NCBI GenBank assembly: GCA_951406725.2
Contig: OX597821.1
Location: forward strand, 41,912,001-41,976,000
Length of the DNA stretch: 64,000 nucleotides
Reading direction: 5' to 3'
Source of the DNA: Octopus vulgaris
Taxonomy: Eukaryota
Both the position numbers and the translations under genes were made by a program. This document shows, in pieces, positions 26,224 through 39,082 of this stretch (position 1 is its first letter; each line of letters opens with the position of its first letter). The notes beneath the pieces are model-generated. The model ran no database searches, had not been told where the DNA came from, and worked only from the letters and a program-made list of their open reading frames with translations.

Positions 26224-26434
26224 ATGAAAATTTATGAAAATTTTATAAAAAATCTTTCAGATGGTGTAAACTATGATTATATCGGAATTTAATGAGAAAA
26301 ACATTGGTGGGCGTGCGCACACACATACTGACACACATCACAATTTTTTCGAGATTTCAAGTTCCATTTTGTAATTATATCTGTGATGTGTGTCAGTATG
26401 TATGTGCGCGTGCTCACCAATTTCTGTTCACAAT

Positions 26435-27964
26435 AAATTCCGAGCTCAGTACTAACGTAATGTCTAAAAGGTTTACAAAGGTGAGGTTGCTCTCGATTGT
26501 TAACTTGAGCTCCATGGGGCTAAGGTTGATAATTAGGCCCTTCCCAAGCCTATCAAGGATATACCCGTTAACTCCTCTTACAGACCCCACCGCAAACCAT
26601 ACGAGAGGCTGTCCTACATTAATACAGCCTCCCGCCACCCACCTATCATGTTTAGGAACCCACTGAGCGGTATCAGCAAGAGAATCTCGAACTTGTCCTC
26701 AAAATAAAAGATTTTCAATGCTGCAGCCCCTTATTACAACGAGGTCCTGGCGTCCAGTAGGATTAAGGTCCATATCTTCAATATGCCGGGCCCTGGCAAA
26801 CAGAAAATGAAGCGCCACCATAATGTAGTTTGGTTTGCCCCACCCTTTTCTCTCAATGTTAAAACATACGTGGAAAGAATGTTCCTTAGTTTGGTGGACA
26901 AACACTTCACAAAGTCACACAAATACGGACGCTTGTTTAATAGACGCAACTTAAGGGTATCTTTCAGTTATGCATCCAACATTAGGAAAATTTCTAGTGA
27001 GCACCCCTAAGCTACGAACACAGGCAGGATACTAGTGTAGGGTATAGAATGATGCCCACTAGGGCGGCGAGCTGGCAGGAACGTTAGCATGCCGGGCGAG
27101 ATGCTTAGCGGTATTTCGTCTGTCGGTACGTTCTGAGTTCAAATTCCGCCGAGGTTGACTTTGCCTTTCATCCTTTCTGGGTCGATAAATAAAGTACCAG
27201 CTTCGCACTGGGGTCGATGTAATCGACTTAATCCCTTCCTCTGTCCTTGTTTGTCCCCTCTATGCTTAGCCCCTTGTGGGCAGTAAAGAAATATATACAA
27301 TGATGCCCAGTGGAGGGTCGATGCCAAGCCCAAGGGGTTGTGTATGACGCCGAGGTGGTAACCAGAGTAACAGTATAAGAGGCAATGATGCACCCACCGA
27401 CAACAGCAGTAACAACAATGGTAGCGGCGACGGCGATGGCGACAGCAGGCGCTTCAAGCAGCAGAAATAACAAAAGCAACAGTTACTGTGGCAATACCAC
27501 CACCAACAACTTTGCCGCCAAAAAAGGCCGCTAGGCCAGCAACAACAGAACCACCAGCATTAGCAGCGACTCCTAGCTACAACAGCGACATCAGACCTGG
27601 AGTTAACGAAATAAACATCAGCGGTGGAAGCACATCTAATATATCGGTTAAACTGCGTTTAAGCAACGTCTGAACAACCAGCCATAAGTCTTCTTTTAGG
27701 ATTCTAGAAAGGCGCAGCATCGCATAAGGCGTTTAAAAGAGGAAGGAATCCCATACATAATTAAATAGAAGCTCCTTGAACAACGAGAGGCTTATACAAA
27801 TGAGAGCAAAACGATGTATGCTTTGCTTGGCTGAGAGGGCAAGAATCGTAAACAACTCGCTTGACCCTGGGGCCTTTTTAAACTCCAGGAAAGAGGTATT
27901 CAGTCAATCCACTCCCCATCTAAAACGTTTCGTATTTCAGACTTTGGAATTCCCCATTCACTGA
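26435..27964 (+). pseudogene. Decayed Penelope-like element (RT thumb, linker, GIY-YIG) with inverted 5' part and insertions
   Basis: Minus strand: LKLTIESNLTFVNLLDITL. Plus strand: SYINTASRHPP, ISKRISNLS, NVVWFAPPFSLNVKT, LFNRRNLRVSFS, VVYDAEV, KRCMLCLAE, FLNSRKE. Confidence 0.8.
27061..27297 (+). mobile_element. SINE family A inserted into the PLE
   Basis: Full head and tail; TSD AATGATGCCCA(C/G)T. Confidence 0.85.
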
Positions 27965-28234
27965 ATAGTTCCATCACATCTCCTTTGAATATCACTATGA
28001 CCGGAGCCGATGTAAGGACGATAACTCCGTCTCGCAGCACGAGCAATTATTCTTATGGTTTTCAAAACCAACTGACCGTTACGAATTTCTTCCTCCAGTT
28101 CGAGAGGTTATGCGTCTTCAGCCATTTGAACCTGTCCAGTCACCTATATTATTAAGCGCTTTGTAGGTGCGAAACCTATGTTCACTCTATGATCAGCCAA
28201 AACTTTTAAGTTCCTCAAACATTTGCAAGTGTAT

Positions 28235-28450
28235 GTTTGTGTGTGTGTGTGTGTGTGTGAGAGACCACAACTTGACAAGCGCTGTTTTTATGTTTACGCC
28301 CCTGCAACCTAGAGACTCAGCAAAAGAGACCGATAGATTAAGTACCAGACTTTATAAGGAATAAGTATTGGGTTTGATTCGTTCGACTAAAATTCTTCAT
28401 GGTGCCCCAGAATGGCCGCAGTCTAATGAGTGAAACAAGTAAAAGATAAA
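28235..28450 (+). mobile_element. 3' half of SINE family C
   Basis: Tail motifs. Confidence 0.7.
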
Positions 28451-28531
28451 AGCTATTTTTATAATTACATATTATTAGGAACCGTATTAAAAACAAAATT
28501 GTTAAAATATTTTGTGTATTTTAGAAGTAAT

Positions 28532-28943
28532 GGATCTTTTCGGTTTGAACGGCAATTTTTAACATAATTTCTAGGTAACTAAAAAATTTTAAACTTCGTA
28601 TACTGGTAGAATGTGTTTATAAAACATCTTTTTCTCTTGGCTTTATTGAGAAAATTCTATAGTTTGTAAGATATTTGTTGTTTTTTCTTCAATTTCTGCA
28701 ATTTCAACCAATCACTGACGGCTATTGAGGTAAAAAAAAACATTCCGTGCCGTATGAATATGTCCCTCGTTTAAGAAACAGATTGGGTTTATTTACATTT
28801 ATGAAGAAAAAAAGATACCCTTCCCCCCACCCCTAACCCTAAAACAGATTGAAATGCAATAGATCGATACTAGGGTCATAATTATGGGTGACAATTTCAT
28901 ATGACACCGCTAGAAAAAACTGCTGTTCAAACCGAAAAGATCC
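28532..28943. mobile_element. MITE with TIRs of about 29 bp
   Basis: GGATCTTTTCGGTTTGAACGGCAATTTTT ... AAAAAACTGCTGTTCAAACCGAAAAGATCC; non-coding interior with CCCTAACCCTAA. Confidence 0.8.
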
Positions 28944-29493
28944 CAGCTTATTACACATAAATGTTAACAACGAAATCTTTATATGGACCGCCAAGGGCCA
29001 TACGGACTCTAGTTGGGAACCCTGGCATTAAAAGGCTAAAGAAAAATGGATATAACACAGCTCTGTGTTAATCGAGGGGAAGATTATTAGATATTATGAT
29101 ATTTCCAACATGCAAATTCAGCTGATGAGATTAGAGTTCGCAGTGAGCGGGAAGGGAAAAGCGCGAAGTGTTGTGGAAATTATCTAACAAGGACATACAT
29201 CACGTTTAAAACAAATGAACGACAAGGCGAACGTTTGTGGACATATTGCAATATTATATTCGCTCCGTCTTCATGCATACACAGATATTCGGAATTATCC
29301 GATTTTATTAAATACGCTAGAATAGTTTGATTATTATGAAGAAAATTGATAAAAATCGATAAACAACTGCCCTGACACATCTACAGAGAAACTTGCATTC
29401 CTCCAAGACATCCGTCCGCTCAATAACAGTTTCTTACAGTTCATGTCTCTTTTGAAGCTGTCGACTCTGTTAAACATTTATTTAATCTACTGT

Positions 29494-29524
<31 letters not shown>

Positions 29525-30463
29525 ACTGCTGCTGTTGCTGCAGCTCGTAGTGAAGGAAGAGTGGTGGGAGGAGGCGGTGAAGTAAACTACTGCTGCTGCT
29601 GTTACTACTATTACTACGATGATATAGCGAAAGAAGACGATAAGAGAAGCAAAGGAAGTGATGAGGAGATGTCCGTTGCTGCTATGGAAGCAGGAGTAGG
29701 AAGAAGGGGAGGGAAGAGAAAAGTAGGAGGCCATCAATACCGATCATTTCTTGAAAAATATCTAGATTTCGCCGGTTTGTTTGATGTTTTTTTTTATTTC
29801 TTTTTAGATTTATTTTTATTTATTTATTTGACTACCCCGGGTGGGCATGACAACATGGCAGGTAATTACATTCCGATATTTTACTTTACTCTTCGCTATT
29901 TACCATTTCGATAATCCGACTGACGACGGAATTCTACTGAAAACTTTCTCCAGAAATATTTCAATACTTCAAAGATGGAGATTTGGGGATCTCTTGGTCG
30001 TATTTCGCTTTAGTTCTTTAGGTTCCTATCTTATAAGGGGTAGCCTTTTTGCCTTCCATCCATCGTGCGAAGGAGGTGGGACGATATATAGCATGTACCC
30101 CCACCAATATATTTCTGATAACCCAATCACTGATACATCTCACACACGCACACACACCATCTTATTCCCAATGAAAAAAGGTGAGAAAAGATGACCGAAT
30201 TTCGTTAAATACCGGTTAATGAACCTAAAGATCAGAGGTTGCTATAAGGCATCGGGGTCCCTCTGATGGATAACTTAAGGGGTTACATAATGATCCATTA
30301 GGTGCCGGCCTTCTCATCTCACTTTGTTGTGTGCGGGAGAGGAGAGAATGCGTGCAGGTGCGATTAAGACACTAAAAACTGCAGAAATCGCAATGGGATT
30401 CAATACCGTAAAACTCCATACATATTGGGTTTCAAATTTTGGTACAATTGCGGGCGTGGAGAA

Positions 30464-30811
30464 AGTCAATTACATCGACCCCAGTGCTTAACTGGTACTT
30501 ATTTTATCGATCCCGAAAGGATGAAAGACAAAGTCGGTCTCCGCGGAATTTGAACTCAGAACGTAAAAATGGACGATATACCTATTTCTTTATTACCCAC
30601 AAAGGGCTAAACATAGAGTGGACAAACAAGGACAGACAAACGGATTAAGTCGATTATATCGACCCCAGTATGTAACTGGTACTTAATTTATCGACCCCGA
30701 AAGGATGAAAGGCAAAGTCGACCTCAGCGAAATTTGAACTCAGAACGTAGCGGCAGACGAAAAACCACTAAGCTTTTCGCCCGACGTGCTAACGTCTCTG
30801 CCAGCTCGCCG
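30464..30811 (-). mobile_element. SINE family A partial dimer
   Basis: Internal junction TACCTATTTCTTT at about 30579. Confidence 0.8.
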
Positions 30812-30929
30812 ATATACGGCTAAGCAGTTTGTCCGGCATGCTTATAAGGCTCCATACGTATTAGGAATTAATTGATTAACCAACGAGGGAACCACGACGT
30901 GATTACTTGACCTGCTGTAAATAATAGTC

Positions 30930-31272
30930 AAATAATAATGATAATAATCCTTTCTATTATAGACACAAGGCCTGAAATGTGGAGGAGGGATATAGTCGAT
31001 TACACTGACCCCAGTACTCACTCAGCTGGTACTTAATTTATCGACCCCCGAAAGGATGAAAAACAAAGTCGACCTTGGCGGAATTTGAACTCAGAACGTA
31101 GCAACGGGCGAAATATCGCTAAGCATTTCGCCCAGCGTGCTAACGATTCTGCCAGCTCACCGCATCATGATGAAGAAGAAGAAGAAGAAGAAGAAGAAGA
31201 AGAAGAAGAAGAAGAAGAAGAAGAAAAAGAAGAAGCCTGAAATTTGTGGGTAGGGGGTAGTCGATTACATCC
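30930..31272 (-). mobile_element. SINE family A variant(s) with a different tail and (TTA)n/(TTC)n ends
   Basis: Meta-like core; tail TTTCAGGCCTTGTGTCTATAATAGAAAGG. A second tail fragment abuts (GAA)n at 31171-31215. Confidence 0.7.
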
Positions 31273-31510
31273 CCTAGAAGAATATCAAATGTAGGATGTG
31301 TAACCAGCACAATGGGACAGTTGACAACATCATCTCTGCTTGCCCAGCCCTTGTTAAATCTTAAAAGATACACAGCATAACCAGGTTAGCAATTGCATCC
31401 ACGAAATATCGAGGGCAATATAAACAGACGAGATACAACACACAAAACGAGAGATTTACATCAATCAAAAATAAATGTGCTACAATAAAAATATAACAAA
31501 ATATATTTTG

Positions 31511-31761
31511 GTTCTATATTTAAGAGATGAGGAATTATGTACATTATTTCGAACATGGGTTCTCATTCCTAAGGTATTTTTCGATGTTATTGTTGTTGTT
31601 GTTGTTGTTGTTGTTATTATTATTATTATTATTCAGGTTACTGCCAGGAATCTTGGGGTTAGCAGCCCGTGCTCTTAACCACTGCGGGCATATGGCGTAG
31701 TGGTTAAGAGCGCGGGCTACTAACCCCAAGATTCCGAGTGTGATTCCAGGCAGTAACCTGA

Positions 31762-31819
<58 letters not shown>

Positions 31820-31983
31820 CAACAACAACATCGAAAAATACCTTAGGAACGAGAACCCAGGTTCGAAATTTCCCCAAGACACCTGATGAATGCTGGAGGG
31901 TATATCAGCCGAAACGTTGTGTTAAAACAAACAAGATGAGGACAAATATCCATCAAATGTAAATAATGTAAATAATGTAAAAT
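31511..31983. mobile_element. Family H HHR-SINE, head-to-head inverted dimer (31511-31683 minus, internally deleted; 31686-31983 plus)
   Basis: The two tRNA heads meet at about 31684. Flanking direct repeat AAAATATATT (31498-31507, 31979-31988). Confidence 0.85.
31878..31923 (+). ncRNA. Minimal hammerhead ribozyme
   Basis: GACAC-CTGATGA-A-TGCTG..CAGCC-GAA-ACGT-T-GTGTT (one helix II mismatch). Confidence 0.75.
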
Positions 31984-32112
31984 ATATTCTTTTTTAAATA
32001 TTTTTTAAAAATTAGAAACAAACATAATAAAATACATTTTGGGTCAGAGATGAATGTGTTCAAAATATAAACTATAAAATAGAGAATCCTTGTATAGGTA
32101 AGGGGGGAGTCA

Positions 32113-32348
32113 TACCTATTTCTTTATTACCCACAAGGGGCTAAACATAGAGGAGACAAACATGGACAGACATAGGTATTAAGTCGATTACATCGATCCC
32201 AGTGCGTAGCTGGTACTTAATTTATCGATCCCGAAAGGATGAAAGGCAAAATCGACCTCGGCGGAATTTGAACTCACAATGTAACGGCAGACGAAATACG
32301 GCTACGCATTTCGCCCGGCGTGCTAACGTTTCTGCCAGCTCGCCGCCT
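32113..32348 (-). mobile_element. SINE family A
   Basis: Full head to tail, plus 4 nt of the multimer junction. Confidence 0.85.
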
Positions 32349-33257
32349 ACCCCGTTCTGATTATTGGTTGAGAAAGTTTCACGTCACTTCACTCCGTTAA
32401 TATTCTTCGGGAACACTAATTTGATCGAGTAGTTTAGATTGACACGGTCTATATCACATCAATTGAAAATGGTTCTTGCTAGCTCAGTCTAGTTAGCCGT
32501 AGAGATGTACAGCGAGCCTATATGTCTCAATAATGTTAACATCATTGGAACTTATTAAGGGCTGTGCTAATTTGCTAACCTGGGTTCAGTTCTACCGAAC
32601 GTCCTGCTTAAAGTAACTGGGACACCATTCCAGTGAATTATTCCAGTTTGATCGCCTTTTCTTCATATCCATAGAAAAAGTTCAGCTCAAAACTACAAAA
32701 CGATAAAACACTCTGCTGTTTTACAGTGTCGCTGCTTACGACGATTGAATGTTTCTTAATATCAGTATTTGTTTCAAACTAGCTTTTACTATATTCGTAA
32801 TATAATGATAGCTCTACATTTAAATCATACGGAACATAATCACACAGTTAATGGAAATAATGTATGTAACTCCTAACAAATATGCTAAATACCGTGCTCT
32901 TTCATCTGCCCACTCACTTATGCATATATATATATACACACACATATATATATACACGCGTGTGCGCACGTACACACACATATGCATGTGTGTGTATGCA
33001 GACAGATAGATTGGTTGGCGGACAAACAAATGCACATAAATGATAATTGAAGTACAAAAAATAACTAAGACAATTGGTTTCATGTTGATAATGAATGTAT
33101 TATGTCAACTGCCAAACTAAAACCATTGGACCCAGTTTTTTTTTTTACTGATTTAATTTCATTCTCGAATATATTCTCTACATCCCCAGTTTTGTACATT
33201 CCACCTTTTTGCTATTAGCGCCAGTGTGTATGTGTTTGTACATTATATATATATATA

Positions 33258-33450
33258 TAGTTGAAATTTATAGAAAAACAAAGGAGACGAGGACAGGTGT
33301 ATGAACAACAAGCAAGTGTAATAGTTTGACGCTCGGGAAAATGAAAACGTCTTTTACGTTTCGAGCCTACGCTCTTCAACAGAAAGGAATGGGAGAAAAT
33401 AAACAGAGAGAGAAAGAAAAGAAAAACTTGTAGATTTCAGCGGTCCAGCA
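33258..33450 (-). mobile_element. PLE pLTR 3' end with CTGTTGA hammerhead (33350-33387)
   Basis: Related to 12570-12761; abuts (TA)n. Confidence 0.7.
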
Positions 33451-34479
33451 TACTCTCCTGTCGTTAGGCGATGGATAAGAGTTCCGCAGTTTCTTGCCGA
33501 AAGCCCCTATCCCACCCTACACAGATAATTTGTGTATGGTGAGCAAATGTTCGTGTCCCACATTAGCTCACTCCCTCCATCAAATCGACATTGCCTGTCC
33601 AGGGGCACAAGCGTGCCACACGTCAGATGACGTAATGATGGCAGAGCAACATAAAATGAAGTGTTTTGCTCAAGAACACAACGCACCGCTCAGCCTGGAA
33701 CTCGAAATCACAGTCGCGAGTGCAACGCCCTAACCACTAAGCCATGCACATACATGAACGCGCTCCACTGGAAAAGAGCAAGTACACAATTTATTCTCGT
33801 CAGAAAAGAATAAATCATTTTTTTCCCCTATCAAGTACCAAAACTAAGCACCGCCAATTTCATGGTTGTTGAGCACCATAAACCAATGAGGTTCTTCTGT
33901 CTCTTGTTATTATTTCTTCTCTTCCCGACAAACAGAACAGGAAGCGGAATCAATGCTTGTCAAGGACACAGTCGTTATACAAGCTCATGATTTTCTAGTC
34001 TTACTTAATCAACTGTTAGCAATCCTTTCCTGCATATCCAATCTACAATAATTACCAACGGTTTTCATATATTTCAGGTATATTCAGATAAGTTCGTTTC
34101 CAAGATCGATGGCGAAACCCATTCGCAGCCGCTTGCCATTTTTGCTAACTGACGTTTAACAGATAGTAGTAATTATTTTAATTATTAGTTGCAAATGAAA
34201 CACTTGTCATCTTAACAACCATTTTCCAACATGGCTGTCTGGTCTGGTAAATAAATATATTTATTATCATGACGAAATCTCGATAATATATACCCCACTG
34301 TTTTTATACTCTGTTATTTGGTATAACACAAACGCACAATTATATAGGAGCGTGTCTATGAATACATTATACGTGTGTATATGTGTGTTTATAATTGTTT
34401 ATATGAGAATATGTGTTTATATAGGTGCGTGTCTCTTTGCCTGTGTGTGCATACTAGTGTGTGTGTGTGCGTGAGTACT

Positions 34480-34514
<35 letters not shown>

Positions 34515-34760
34515 ATGCGCGCGATTGTGTGTGTATCTATACGTGTGTATGTTTGCTTATAATTGTTTATATGAGCATGTGTGTTTATATAGGTGTGTGT
34601 CTCTATATGTCTGTGTGAACATATTAGTGTGTGTGTGACAGTACTTATATGTGTGTGTGTGTGTGTGTTTATATAAGTATCTATATGTGCATAGATATGT
34701 GTTTATGTGTCTATATGTGCTTATACATTTGTAGGTGTGTGTCTATATATGTATCGATGC

Positions 34761-35143
34761 GTGGAGGCGCAATGGCTCAGTGGTTAGGGCAGCGGACTCG
34801 CAGCCGTAGGATCGCGGTTTCGATTCCCAGGCCGGGCATTGTGAATATTTATTGAGCAAAAACACCTAACGATCCAAGAGGCAACGGCAGCGGAGAGTAG
34901 CGAACCCTGCTGTACTCTTTCACCACAACTTTCTCTCACTCTTTCTTCCTGTTTCTATTGTATCTGTATCTCAAAGGGTCAGCCTTGTCACACTCTGTGT
35001 CACGCTGAATCACCCCCGAGAACTACGTTAAGGGTACACGTGTCTGTGGAGTGCTCAGCCACTTGCACGTTAATTTCAAGAGCAGGCTGTTCCGTTGATC
35101 GGATCAACTGGAACCCTCGTCGTCGTAACAGAGGGAGTACCAC
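34761..35143 (+). mobile_element. Full-length tRNA-Arg-like SINE (family B)
   Basis: GGAGGCGCAATGGCTCAGTGGTTAGGGCAGCGGACTCG head, GTTTCGATTCCC B-box; approximate TSD ATGTATC(G/T)ATG. Confidence 0.85.
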
Positions 35144-35187
35144 GATGTATCTATGTGCTTATAACTGTATATGTGTGTTTATGCATA

Positions 35188-35240
<53 letters not shown>

Positions 35241-35673
35241 GTTTGTATACGTCTCAATGTAATTCTTTTATCTTTTAGTCAGGACGATGGGTGAGGGGTG
35301 AAGCACCGGGAGCCATTATAGTGCCTCTGAAAGTGGAGATGTAGAGAGGGGGAGGGCGGTATCCCCAATCCAGGAACCTCGCCCGGATGCTTGCGATGTG
35401 GTGGACTTCGTTAAAGAGAGACAAGGTGCCAGGCAGTTGTGTTGAAGTGGAGACGGATCAAGTCCACCACGCATGTTAGGCCATGGTGGGAGTTGAACTC
35501 AGAAGGCAAAGAATTGGAAACCCTACCACAAGGTATGGTTTCCGAACATCAAATCCAGCCCCAATTCATTGGTGGATTTGAAACAAGACGGCAAAGAGTT
35601 GGAGGCAGTATCTGTTCCAAAGTTCTGTCCAACGTCCAGTGTGTGTGTGTGTGTATGCGTGCGCGAGTGTGTA

Positions 35674-35717
<44 letters not shown>

Positions 35718-35849
35718 AAGGAGCACAGTGGATGGACAGCTTCCCAAAGATCTGTGATCGATAAGTCACTGAGTAATCGATAGGTCACATGCCTAACTTT
35801 TTCAACCATCTCATCTACTCTATTTAAAGACAACCCTTGCCCTACAAAT

Positions 35850-35886
<37 letters not shown>

Positions 35887-36684
35887 GCGCGCATACATAT
35901 ATACATACATATTCATGCATAAACATTGTAATGTATGTATTACCGTTATTTCATTTTAAATGCAGTTTTGATGATGTTATCAGTCATCAGACATTTTGCC
36001 ACTTCCTGCCGAAAGCATCGACTCAATGCTAGCCAAAACTTCGAAGTCCCAGACAAATCAATATTATTCATAAATTTTACTCAACTAAATGTATAATCTG
36101 TAAATGTTTTGTTGTTTTCCAACAATGCGTATAAACGTGTAAATGTGTATGTATGTATGTATGTATGTATGTATGTATGTATAGCTGACCAGCGATGTAA
36201 ATGTACAATCGAAAATCCAGGAAAAAGAGAATGTTTATGGCGACTCAATGCGGAACGTAAAGCTCTTGTACTCTGACTACGAATTCTCATTTGCACCTAC
36301 CATTATAAGTTCATTAAATTATGCACCAACAAATTGCACAAAACCCTAGAAATACTCATTTCAAAAGATATTCATGTGGATTTTCCAAATTTATTAGTGG
36401 CAGGGTTAAGATTTGTAAAACACTTCAATAATTTTCCATCTGAGATTCTTAGGTGAATAGATGCACTGACTTGGATGTCTGCAACGACAGCTCAATCAAT
36501 ACACGAACTCAACCAAATATTTAGAAACACCAAGAACTCTCTTTACTAAAAAAAAACAAACAAAAAACAGCCTTGTCACATTGTTAGCGACAAAAGTTGA
36601 ATTCTTTCAAGAAAAACTTAAGTATGTATATATTTCTTTGAGTCTTAAGTTCTTCTTTGGAGAGTTCAACTCTTGTTGCTGACT

Positions 36685-36735
36685 TATGTGTATGTATGTG
36701 TATATACATATACATACACAAATACATATATTTAT

Positions 36736-36766
<31 letters not shown>

Positions 36767-36791
36767 CATACATACATACATATATATATAT

Positions 36792-36830
<39 letters not shown>

Positions 36831-36837
36831 CATATAT

Positions 36838-36894
<57 letters not shown>

Positions 36895-36925
36895 TACATA
36901 TATACATATACATACATATATATAC

Positions 36926-36964
<39 letters not shown>

Positions 36965-37140
36965 CATACATACATATATACATACATATATATATATATA
37001 CATACATATATATATATATACATACATACATATATACATACATATATATATATATACATACATATATACATACATACATACATACATACATACATACATA
37101 CATACATACATACATACATACATACATACATACATACATA
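36685..37140. repeat. Compound (TACA)n/(CA)n/(TA)n microsatellite
   Basis: Direct inspection. Confidence 0.95.
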
Positions 37141-37188
37141 AAAAAAAACCAAGGCAGTAAATAGAATTCACAACATTTATCAAGAAAA

Positions 37189-37238
37189 CGTCTTACAGCT
37201 ATTTCCGGGATATTTTATATATCCCTTCATCAGAGACG
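37189..37238 (-). ncRNA. Type-I hammerhead ribozyme in a pLTR-like segment (about 37141-37600)
   Basis: CGTCT-CTGATGA-A-GGGATAT(ATAAA)ATATCCC-G-GAAA-TAGCTG-TA-AGACG; perfect helices I and II. Confidence 0.85.
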
Positions 37239-37651
37239 GTGCGAGAAAATATCTGGGATTTAATTATTGTAGACAAGAAATGAAACACAGAGGGAAGTTA
37301 GAGAATGAAAGTAGAAGTGAGATACATAAGGATATTGTATTTGCATTTGCACTATTCAAGTAGAGTGGTGTGTATAAGAGGTGATAAAGTTTTTTTGGTG
37401 AAGAAATTTTCTTGTACATGGTGTGTGAGATCTGATGGTAGTTATATTTGGTCATTCCAAGCATAGAGCCTTGTAAACAGTGTTGGCCGATCGAGGTTTT
37501 TTTTTTTGTTGGTGTGAATTAAGATGTGTTGGTTGTGTTAAAGGATAGATAGAGAGCGGAGAGATGTGTATGATTAGAAAGAGGAAACAGGTCAAATCAA
37601 AAACACTCCTGTTGGGAAGTAAACTTCTGACGACACAGCCACACCTGCACC

Positions 37652-37736
<85 letters not shown>

Positions 37737-38014
37737 ACATATAATCAGATAGATAGATACATACATACATACATACATACATACATACATACGCGCGCAC
37801 ACATACACATACATGCATACATATACACACGCACACACACACACAATACTATTATCACTGACAATGAAATACTTGAGAAAATTATCGATTCGGCCTCCTC
37901 TCATTTCAATTTGTTTACTATATATGCGATAATATAAACATAGATCTTTTTTTCGGCACCACCACAACCACCGCCGCCGCCCCGTTGTCTTCCAAACAAC
38001 AGCAGCAGCAGCAA

Positions 38015-38289
38015 CAGAAGAAGAAGAAGAAGAAGAAGAAGAAGAAGAAGAAGAAGAAGAAGAAGAAGAAGAAGAAGAAGAAGAAGAAGAAGATAGAAGG
38101 TAGAAGAAGAAGAAGAAGAAGAAGAAGAAGAAGAAGAAGATAGAAGAAGAAGAAGAAGAAGAAGAAGAAGAAGAAGAAAGATAGAAGAAGAAGAAGAAGA
38201 AGAAGGTAGAAGAAGAAGAAGAAGAAGAAGAAGAAGAAGAAGAAGAAGAAGAAGAAGAAGAAGAAGAAGAAGAAGAAGAAGAAGAAGAA

Positions 38290-38320
<31 letters not shown>

Positions 38321-38636
38321 GTAGAAGAAGAAGAAGAAGAAGAAGAAGAAGGTAGAAGAAGAAGAAGAAGAAAGAGAGAAGAAAAAGAAGAAGAAGAAGA
38401 AGAAGAAGAAGAAGAAGAAGGTAGAAGAAGAAGAAGAAGAAGAAGAAGAAGAAGAAGAAAAGAAGAAGAAGAAGAAGAAGAAGAAGAAGAAGAAGAAGAA
38501 GAAGAAGAAGAAGAAGAAGAAGAAGAAGAAGAAGAAGAAGAAGAAGAAGAAGAAGAAGAAGAAGAAGAAGAAGAAGAAGAAGAAGAAGAAGAAGAAGAAG
38601 AAGAAGAAGAAGAAGAAGAAGAAGAAGAAGAAGAAG
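38015..38636. repeat. (GAA)n array of about 620 bp with sparse interruptions
   Basis: Direct inspection. Confidence 0.97.
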
Positions 38637-38890
38637 CCTTTCTATTATATAGAGACAAGGCCTGAAATTTATGGGGAGTGGGTAGTCGATTAGAAATCGT
38701 GATGGAAGTGGTTGTTGGTGGTGACGGTATAGTCATTCTTGGCCAGTTAAAAGGTTTAACGACGGCGATCCATTGCTGGTGGTTTGTTGGAGACGATTTG
38801 TTTTTATGCAAATTGTTGAAGCTTTGTTCTGAATTTATGAAGATAACAGAGTTATCGACCTGAAAATTCCCCCACCACGCATTTCTCACT

Positions 38891-38893
<3 letters not shown>

Positions 38894-38944
<51 letters not shown>

Positions 38945-39019
38945 TGGAATGTTTTGTTGTTCCTTTTTTGTATCACCTAGTTGTCCGGTTGTTTTGCGTT
39001 CTTGTCCCATTTTGTATTT

Positions 39020-39082
<63 letters not shown>

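Noticed and set aside
28830-28842. Interstitial telomere
   Set aside because: Only two units, and they lie inside a MITE.
29441-29914. ORFs over CTG/CTA triplet runs
   Set aside because: Low-complexity translation without a domain or splice support.
29915-29965. CTGACGA...GAAA hammerhead-like match
   Set aside because: No helix I pairing and a weak helix III.
37918-38889. 323-aa poly-S/F/L ORF
   Set aside because: Translation of (TTC)n.
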